Below are positions 17,195-25,200 of a DNA stretch of 51,828 nt, piece after piece. Source of the stretch: Archangium sp. (GTDB lineage Bacteria; Myxococcota; Myxococcia; Myxococcales; Myxococcaceae); the NCBI GenBank assembly GCA_031367385.1, contig JANLPS010000012.1, forward strand, positions 1 to 51,828, in the 5' to 3' direction. The translations under genes were made by a program, and so were the position numbers. The notes beneath the pieces were generated by a model that made no database searches, had not been told where the DNA came from, and was given only the letters and a program-made list of their open reading frames with translations. Within the stretch, counting starts at the first letter, position 1. Each line of letters begins with the position of its first letter.

Positions 17195-18259
17195 CTACAC
17201 CGACTTTGACTTCTTCGCCTTGAGCGCCTCGACCACCTTGCGAACGTCTTGACTTTTCTCTTTGGGCAACACCAACACCGAGTCGCCGGTCTCGATCACG
17301 ACCACGTCGGTCATGCCGACCACCGCCACCACCCGCTTGCCCTCGCCCAGCACCACACAGCCGCGCGAGTCGATGACGATGCTGTTGCTGCCCGAGACGA
17401 CGTTGTCGTTCGCATCGACTGGCCGAACGTCAGGCAGCGCGTTGAAGCTCCCGACGTCAGACCAGCCGCAGCTCGACGGCACGACGACCATGTTCGCGGC
17501 CCGCTCGGCGATGCCGTAGTCGATAGAGGTCGCCGGCATTTTCTGAAACTCGCGCTTGAGCACCGCGGCGGCCTTGCCCTTCGGCGCCGCGCGCATCTTG
17601 GTGAGCGCGGTGTGAACCTCGGGCATGTACGTCTCGAACGCACGCCACATCACGTCGGCGCGAAAGACGAAGAGCCCCGCGTTCCACAAGTACGTGCCGG
17701 ACCGCAGGTACTGCTCGGCGGTCGAGGCGTCGGGTTTTTCGACGAAAGCCGCGACCTTGCGCGCCGAGCCGTTGAGCGCGTCTCCGACCTTGATGTAGCC
17801 GTAGCCGGTCTCGGGCCTGGTGGGGGTGATACCGAGCGTGACGATGGCGCCTTCGCGGGCCACCCGAATCGCCTCGTGTACCGAGGCTTGAAAGGCGGGC
17901 ACGTCGGCGACGTGTTGATCAGAGGGCAGCACGAGAATGATGCCCTCGGGGTTCACCCGGGTGACCTCGAGCGTGACCAAAGCGATTGCCGGAGCGGTGT
18001 TTCGGGCCTGAGGCTCGACCACCACGTTGGCCTTGGGCAATGACGGCAGCGCCTTGCGAACGAGGGCCGCATGAACCTGCCCGCACACCACCCGCACCTG
18101 ATTCGTCGGAGCGAGCCCCTTGAGGCGAAGCAGGGTCTCCAGAATGAGCGGCTTCGACGAAGTGAGCGGCAAGAATTGCTTCGGCTTGGCGACGCGGCTG
18201 AGCGGCCAGAAGCGGGTACCGCTGCCACCCGCCATGATCACCGGAAAAATGTCTGACAT
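17195..18259 (-). CDS. manC: Mannose-1-phosphate guanylyltransferase
   Basis: MAGGSGTRFWPLSR..KPKQF, EP..RNTAPAI, PETGYGYI, FVEKP, WNAG, SIDY and WSDVGS motifs; no PMI cupin domain. Confidence 0.93.
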   Translation of the reverse strand: MSDIFPVIMAGGSGTRFWPLSRVAKPKQFLPLTSSKPLILETLLRLKGLAPTNQVRVVCGQVHAALVRKALPSLPKANVVVEPQARNTAPAIALVTLEVTRVNPEGIILVLPSDQHVADVPAFQASVHEAIRVAREGAIVTLGITPTRPETGYGYIKVGDALNGSARKVAAFVEKPDASTAEQYLRSGTYLWNAGLFVFRADVMWRAFETYMPEVHTALTKMRAAPKGKAAAVLKREFQKMPATSIDYGIAERAANMVVVPSSCGWSDVGSFNALPDVRPVDANDNVVSGSNSIVIDSRGCVVLGEGKRVVAVVGMTDVVVIETGDSVLVLPKEKSQDVRKVVEALKAKKSKSV

Positions 18260-18378
18260 GCGCCGGGTTGTACGAAATTTTCGCGCGGTCTGGTGAGCGG
18301 TGCGCTGTTCACCCCCCGATTTCGACCGTTCGCCAGATTCGACTGCAGCCTCGGCAACGCACTTGGGATGATGCGCCC

Positions 18379-19005
18379 ATGCCGATGAATGGGTTTCTCA
18401 TGAAGTACCTGGTGGGTTGGGTTTCATTTTGCGTCTTGGCCCTCGTGTTGGCCGTAAAAGACCTTCGACCTCAGTGGGCCGCCGAGTTTGCGTTCTTGAC
18501 CGTGCCGTGGAAACTGGCGCTCTTTGCCCCCGCGCTGCTCTTCGTGACCTTCGCAGGTCGATTCACGAACGATGAGACCTGGGACGTCGTCAGTGGCGGG
18601 GGCATGGCGGTGCTCACCTTCTTGACGGCCGGGTGGGCCGTCGGCACGCTGTTCAAGGTGATGGTCGGCGACCGCCCGCTGAGCGCTGCGGTGGTTTCAG
18701 TGGCCGTGCTGCTGTTCTCGAGCAGCTGGTTCTACGACGGCTATCTGCTCCTGCGAGACGGGCTGTACACCCGGCGTTGGCTGGGCAACTTGATGCTTTC
18801 TCCGATCATTTACGTGAGCGCCGGGCTGTTGCTGAACCTCGAGGTGCGTGGCCACGGCCTCGGTCTCGGCTTCACCAGGCCTGATTGGCCCCGCCCCCAA
18901 GGCACGGGCGCCTCGTGGTTGCTGGCCGCTGCGGCCGTGCCCTTGGTGCTCATCGCTGCGTACGTGCTGGTGGGCTTCGTCGGTTGGCGTTTCCGCCGTT
19001 GTTAA
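18379..19005 (+). CDS. Hypothetical integral membrane protein
   Basis: About six hydrophobic segments; start uncertain (ORF opens at 18268). Confidence 0.7.
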   Translation: MPMNGFLMKYLVGWVSFCVLALVLAVKDLRPQWAAEFAFLTVPWKLALFAPALLFVTFAGRFTNDETWDVVSGGGMAVLTFLTAGWAVGTLFKVMVGDRPLSAAVVSVAVLLFSSSWFYDGYLLLRDGLYTRRWLGNLMLSPIIYVSAGLLLNLEVRGHGLGLGFTRPDWPRPQGTGASWLLAAAAVPLVLIAAYVLVGFVGWRFRRC

Positions 19006-20117
19006 GGCGTCGTCGCGTAGATGACGATGCGGCCGCTGTACGTACTGATGGCAGTCGACATCGTGAAAACGAGTGAGGTCGTGTTCACGTACGTGAAGTA
19101 GCCGCCGCCGAGACGAGTGCCATAAATGCCCGAGGCATTGAAGTCGACAATCGTACCGTTGCCGCGAAACGCGATGCGGTTGGTGTAATTCGACACATAG
19201 AGGTTGACCTCACCGTCGACGTCGCAGTCGCGGTTGAAGACGGTGCGCCCGAGGTGAAACCCAGTGGTGTCCCACTCCGCGAACGCGCTCTCGCCGTCGG
19301 TGGCGAGGTACGAGCGGTAGTTCGAGCTGGCGCCGTTGACGCGCATCAGGAGGCGGGCGTCGGCGCCGCCCGACCCGATCCACCCTGTGTAGAAGATTTT
19401 GTAGACCCGCTGGCGCGACCCGTCGAGCCCGCTGATGGTCAGCGGGCTGCCCGCGTTCAGGTTGATGTACCCGTCGTAGATTTTCGCCCACGTGTTTGTC
19501 GAATTGAACGTGCCATTGACGGTGAGGTTGCCACCGACGGTCGTCGAGCCCCCGTTGGGCTGAAGGACGAGCGTCGTGGTGCTGTCGATGAGGTTGCTGG
19601 CCAGGTCCATCTTGGTGCCGTTGGGGCTCGAGACGCGCAGCGTGCCGACGATGTTTTCAGAGACGCCAGCATTCGCCGCACCGCCATCAGGCGACATCCC
19701 CACCGTCAGCTGCCCATTGACTCGAAAGTCACCCGAGCTCGTTGCCGCGTAGGGCACGTGCAGCCACTGCTGCCGCCCCGCCAACTGCCGAAACGCCACG
19801 TCGCCCGGGCCCTTGACCTGCACGTCGAGAAACAGCGCCGACTGGGCGAGCAACGTGTCTGGTATCGGCGTCGTCGACCCGAGCTTCACCGAGAAGTTGC
19901 CGTTGACGACCGGCACTTGCACGAAATCGGCTGACCACAACGCAGCGCCACCGGTCGCCGCGGTGAACAGGCCGAAGCGAAACGTGAAGGAGCCGTTTTG
20001 CGGAGCGCCGTTCTTGTCGAGCCGCCCTTGGTACGGAAAAAGCGGAGCCCCCGCGAGGCAGACCGACGCCGAGAGCACCACCGCGACCACTGCACACAGC
20101 TTGAACGCATTTCTCAT
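19002..20117 (-). CDS. Secreted fibre/adhesin-like protein with YQGRL...VPYA N-terminal domain
   Basis: Sec signal MRNAFKLCAVVAVVLSASVCLA; YQGRL...G.FSV.LG...VPYA pattern; GNLTVNG-type beta repeats. Confidence 0.75.
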   Translation of the reverse strand: MRNAFKLCAVVAVVLSASVCLAGAPLFPYQGRLDKNGAPQNGSFTFRFGLFTAATGGAALWSADFVQVPVVNGNFSVKLGSTTPIPDTLLAQSALFLDVQVKGPGDVAFRQLAGRQQWLHVPYAATSSGDFRVNGQLTVGMSPDGGAANAGVSENIVGTLRVSSPNGTKMDLASNLIDSTTTLVLQPNGGSTTVGGNLTVNGTFNSTNTWAKIYDGYINLNAGSPLTISGLDGSRQRVYKIFYTGWIGSGGADARLLMRVNGASSNYRSYLATDGESAFAEWDTTGFHLGRTVFNRDCDVDGEVNLYVSNYTNRIAFRGNGTIVDFNASGIYGTRLGGGYFTYVNTTSLVFTMSTAISTYSGRIVIYATTP

Positions 20118-20148
20118 GTTGATCTCACTCGAGGGTGAATCGAAAAGT

Positions 20149-22263
20149 TTAGCGAAGCGCATAGCCGCCACCGTCGACGTTTTCGGTCAGCACGTCGATG
20201 CCGGCGCGCATCCAGGGTATTTCGCCCGAGACGGAGTACTCGGTCTCAAAAAGAGAGAGCTGCGAGGGGTCCGTGTACGCGGTTACCGTCGGCACGCCGC
20301 ACATCCAGTAGCCGTCGAGCGATGGCTGCAGGCCACCGTCGGCGAGCACGAAGTTGGTATCGAGAAACAGGTTGCTCGGGGCGGTCGAAGCCGTCGCCGG
20401 AGTGCCCGTGCACGACGTCGCACAGCTCGGCCCGCTGAAGCGATAGTCACACGCGCATTGAAGCTGGCCTGAGTTGCCGACGTCTCCGTAGCAAGACGAA
20501 GGGTTGATACCACGGCTCGGGTCGAAGCCCGGGCAACGGCCGGCGTACTCTGCGCATTCGTTCACGCAGCCTCGGCGGTAATCACCGCTGACCAGATACG
20601 GTTGATACGTGGCGGCGGCCCACAGCACTTGACCATTCGTCGTGAGCGATGACGGGTCGAGCAGCGAGCAGGTCAGCGGCAACGACGACGGGTTGATCGC
20701 GTCGACCGACGATCTCGGAGGCACGGCTGCGCCCGTCGCTTTGCACGCATTCATTTGGTACCCCTGCGCTGCGATTTCGGCGGGCGTGAGCCAGTGCGGC
20801 AAGTCGCCCGCTTGATGGCTCGAAACCACGCGAACGCACTTGAATTGGCTGTGGTGATTCATGCCGGCGAAGCCACCATCGCGGCTCGCAAAGCGTGCGA
20901 AGTCGAGCCCGTTGGTCTGACGGGTTGGGTACGTCGTGAAGTCAGAATCGACGAGCCTGTCGCATTGACGCCAGAACGAGCCCGCGTCGACCGGCAGAGT
21001 GAGCGCGACCTCGGTTTGGCGTGGGCGCTCTTTGATGTGCCACCAGCCGGGTTGCCCCGGGGTGTTCGGCGGCTCGTACCAACCGTCGTAGAGCTCTCCG
21101 AAGTAGACGAAGTCGACGAAGGGCTGAAACGCGGTCTTCACCGCGCCCAGGTTCGTGTTGCCCTGCCACTCGTTCACGTCGGCCAACCCGTTCTCGTTGA
21201 AGTCGGTTTGGCTGTCTTGGCAGTACTTGGTCAGCGAGTTGAGCTCGGCATTCGTGACCGCGCGCCCACCCTCACCGACGGTCGAGGGGAAGCGAGGCGT
21301 GCCCACCGACATCGCTTGCTGCAACAGGTCGGCGTCGTCGTTGCGATCGGTTTCGTAGAGCGACCAGACCGGAGTCACCGGCACGTCTTGGACGGCCCCC
21401 TTCTCGTTCTCGAGCCGCACCGTGCTCACTTTTCTCAACACACAGCGCGCGTTCGTCGAGATCACCGAGTTGCTCGATTCGATGGCGATCTTCGCGCTCT
21501 CGCGCACCCACCCGTCGTCGTCGGCATCACAGGGCACCACGCCCGGGTTGTTGCCTTCGCGCCAGAAGAAGCCCGGCTTCGTGGTGCAGATGCACCGATT
21601 CTCGCCCGTCGTTCCTGCGAGCCACGGCCCGTCTTCTCCCGCGGCGGCGTTGGTGCACATCGGGCACGCGTGGCACACGTTGTCGCTGCCGAGCACCGCG
21701 CTGGTGCCGCAGCTCGAGCTGCAGGTGGCGTCAGCGGTCGGCGAGTCGACACAAAACTGAGTGCCGCAGTTGATCTGCGCGCAGGTCTTGGGCGCTCGGC
21801 AGACCCCCGTGTCTTCGACGAAGCCCGTCAGACACGCCGTGCAGTGACCGTTCGGCGTCTCGGCACACGCCCGGTGCTGACCCGCGCACGAAAGCTCGGC
21901 ACAGCTCGCCGGCGCTTCGCACGCGCCTGCATCGAAGTCTTGAAACCCGCTCACGCACGTACCGCAATGGGCCGGCGCCGGAGCGGTCTCGCACGTGCGG
22001 TGTTTTTGCGTGCAGTCGGCCACGATTGAATTCGGGTCACCCGCGCTGCACCCAGGAGTCATCGACGTGCAACTCTTCGTCGACGGGCTCCAGAAATACG
22101 GAGCGTCGCAGGCCTCGAGACAGGTCGCGTCGGCGGTGCCGTTCTCTTGGCAAGCCTGATGCTCGGCGCACGCAACGTCAGCGCAGTGCTTCGGCCCGGT
22201 CTTGGCTGGCGGGCATGCGGCGAACAGCGCCATGACCACCACGGCTCGTAATCGCAAGGTCAT
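20149..22263 (-). CDS. Large Cys-rich lipoprotein (EGF-like repeats, acidic Ca-binding-like loops)
   Basis: TGATG coupling with the upstream gene; lipobox FAAC; repeated C...C..C..G(F/Y) units; DADDDG and DFNENG loops. Confidence 0.8.
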   Translation of the reverse strand: MTLRLRAVVVMALFAACPPAKTGPKHCADVACAEHQACQENGTADATCLEACDAPYFWSPSTKSCTSMTPGCSAGDPNSIVADCTQKHRTCETAPAPAHCGTCVSGFQDFDAGACEAPASCAELSCAGQHRACAETPNGHCTACLTGFVEDTGVCRAPKTCAQINCGTQFCVDSPTADATCSSSCGTSAVLGSDNVCHACPMCTNAAAGEDGPWLAGTTGENRCICTTKPGFFWREGNNPGVVPCDADDDGWVRESAKIAIESSNSVISTNARCVLRKVSTVRLENEKGAVQDVPVTPVWSLYETDRNDDADLLQQAMSVGTPRFPSTVGEGGRAVTNAELNSLTKYCQDSQTDFNENGLADVNEWQGNTNLGAVKTAFQPFVDFVYFGELYDGWYEPPNTPGQPGWWHIKERPRQTEVALTLPVDAGSFWRQCDRLVDSDFTTYPTRQTNGLDFARFASRDGGFAGMNHHSQFKCVRVVSSHQAGDLPHWLTPAEIAAQGYQMNACKATGAAVPPRSSVDAINPSSLPLTCSLLDPSSLTTNGQVLWAAATYQPYLVSGDYRRGCVNECAEYAGRCPGFDPSRGINPSSCYGDVGNSGQLQCACDYRFSGPSCATSCTGTPATASTAPSNLFLDTNFVLADGGLQPSLDGYWMCGVPTVTAYTDPSQLSLFETEYSVSGEIPWMRAGIDVLTENVDGGGYALR

Positions 22264-25200
22264 CAGAGGCTCGTGAAGTCGGTGTAGGTCATGAAGAGTC
22301 GAATGTCGCTGAGCGAAGCCAAGTCGATGTCTTTGTTCGCTTGCTCGTCTTTCTGGTTCAGCACGAGCTCCCACTGCGTATTCACCAGCGGGCGATCGCG
22401 CAGTCGGCTGTTCGTGTAGACCGACTCACTTAAGACCCGTTCGCCGTTGAAGTACGGGTTGATCACCGCCACCCGCGTGGGAAACGTGTAGTACCCCTTC
22501 TCGCCACTGCTGACGTTGCGCACCGAGCCCGTGCCCTTTTGCGCCAGGTACACGCGGCCGATGGCGTCACCGACGTCGCTGCCGATGATCTCAGCCTGAA
22601 TCTTGAGCACCTTGTGGTTGCGAGTCAGCGGAGACAGCGCGTCGACGCCGGTCGCGAAAGGCAGGGTGATGTAGCCACGCTCATCGAGGTTCTTCGGGTT
22701 GGTCAGCGCGGTGCGAAACAGCTCGAGGCGCTGCGTCGCGGTGAGCGGCACGTTCTTCGAGTCGTACCGCGGCACCTTCAGCACATCGTCTCGCAGCGAG
22801 ATGACCAGCACCCGCTCATCAGGGTTGCCGTAGGTCTCTTCGAAGTCGCGAAAGTCGTGTTCGAGTCGCGCGAGGTAGGCCTCGAGCGAGATGTCTCCAC
22901 GGCTGGCGAGGCGCACCAAGAACAGGTCGTTCAAGTGCGCGTACGACTGGCTCGTGTAGTACTCGAAGACCTTCGTCGCGCGGTACGCCTCGGCCACGGC
23001 TGCTCGAAACGTGCGGTCGGCGGTGAGAATCGCGTCGTTCTTGTAGATGCGAACGTTCGGGTCGTTGCGCGCGACCTCGACGTTGATGGCCAGCTGCTCT
23101 GATTCGCTCTGCTCGGCCATCGTGCGTGTCGCTTCGTTTCGCAGCGCAGTCACCGCCGCGAGCCGCTGTGCCATGTCGAGCTCGGTCGAATACGCATCGA
23201 GCTCGAGCGTTCGAAACCCGAGCGCCAGCGTCATCGTCTTCGCGTTCGACTCGACCGTGGCGTAGTCGCACGCACGTTCGGTCTTCCACTTGCCGGTCTC
23301 GACTTCAATCGTGCCGAGCGTCGCCTTGAGCGAGCCAATCGCCACGACCGCGATGCCGGTGGTGATCGTCGCCGTGGTGATCGCCGAGGCGTATTCGGCC
23401 ACGCCGAGCAAGGCGCCCGGGCAGTCGGTGCCGCCCGCCGTGCCTACGATGGCGATGCACTTCTTGATCTGGGCCATGTTCGCGACGCGGTCAGCCACGC
23501 GGTTGGCGAACTCCATGCTCTTCTCGGCGGCGAGAATGCCGGCGTTGAGGCCGACCTTCTTGATGCCGACGTCGTATTCGTAGTCGGCCTGCTCCATCAC
23601 CAGGTCGCATTGGTCAGAGAGCCGTTTTTTCTCGATGGCGATTTCTGACTCGAGGTTCTGTTGCCTCACTTTCAGCATTTGAAAGTCAGCGACCACTTTG
23701 TCGACCTCGAGCAATGCGTCGTTGATTTGGCCATTGCCCGCGAGGCCGCACGGGTCGCCAATCACCTTCGCGCGCTCGTTGAGGTAGGCGTACTTCGGTA
23801 TCGCCGGGTACACCCGGCCATCGGTGCCGGCAAAGGTGCCGCAAATCGAGGCCAATTGGTTCTCGTAGTTGTTTCGTACGCTGACCAGCTCGCTCTGAAA
23901 GGCAGCGCTGTCGGTCTCGAACGCGCGATTCGAATTGAGCGCCAGGTCTTCTTTCTGTGCCGCCACCGTGAGTAACGACTTCGCCGACTTCAACGTCTTG
24001 TCGAACGCGTTGCCGTCACCCTCATCGAGCGCGGGAAAGGGCACGTAGTCGGGCTGAAAACCAAACAGCGTCGGCTCGTCGCTGATCTGCTGGTAGCTCT
24101 CTCGCATCGCCAGCAGCGCCGAGCTGTAGACCAGCTGCGCATTCTCGACCCGCTCGACGATTTGAGGGCGATCTTCTGGCTGCACGATGCCCCCGAGCTT
24201 GAGCATCATTCGCGAGAGCACGATCGATTCGAGGTACGCGCTGGTGTAATTGCGAGCGACGACGAGCCTCGCGAGATCGGGCCGGTTGAAGGTTTGGTAG
24301 CGGCGAGCCACTTCGCTCCAAGCCCGCGTTTTTTGCGCCGAAGCCCGAATGAGTCGGTCGAAGTACGAGACCACCGTTTCTTTGGTGATGAACCCGTCGG
24401 TCGTGCCCATCATGTCGATCGACGCCCAGAGCCTCGGGCTCAGTGCATAGAAGCGGTCGAGCGCCTGCTGGTAGTACTGCGTACTCTGGTACAGGCTGTA
24501 CATCTCGTAGCCCGCGCCACCCGAGAGGTTGATGCCGTTGGGCTCGAAGAGCGAGCCCTCGAACGAAACCAAGGCCGAGCCTGCGAGATCGAATCGCGAG
24601 CTGAAGGCCCGCGTGTATGACTCGTCGCCCATCATGATCAGCAGCTCGGCGTTGAGCCGCTCGTACCCATCGTGAATGACCGGCAAGGGCAGCGTCGGGT
24701 CGATTTCAGACTCGTACGAGAAGTTGCCAAGCAAATACGCGCGCAGTGAGGCTCGGGTGCTCACGGTCAACGTCGCGAACTGCGTGGTGTACAAGCTGAC
24801 CGCGCAGTCGACGCGCTGCTGCGCCCCCTCAATCGACGTCGGGTCGTAGCAATACGGCACCGCATCAGAATTGGCCGGGCAAATCTGCGGCGCAAAACCC
24901 ACCGTCGTGCCTTGCCGATTGCGAAAGCGCGTCTTGTAGCGAAACGCGTTCTCGACCTCGGTGCGCAGCGGCAAGAACGCCGCTTTCGTTTCAGCCGCCG
25001 CAAAGAAGAGCTTGTCGGCGCGCAGATCACCCCGGTTCAAGCTGCAGTAGGCCTGCGACGTATTCGTGCATCGCCACACCGGGTTGAGCACGATGTCGTA
25101 CGTGCCATTGGTCACCCAGCCATTGAGCGTTGCCTGACACGTACCGCGTGCCGCCACGGTGTTGTTCGGGCCCGCCCTGAAGGCCGTCTGACACGGCTGG

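Noticed and set aside
12694..18259. Polysaccharide biosynthesis cluster
   Set aside because: Only precursor enzymes (ROK, PMM/PGM, ManC); no glycosyltransferase, flippase or polymerase
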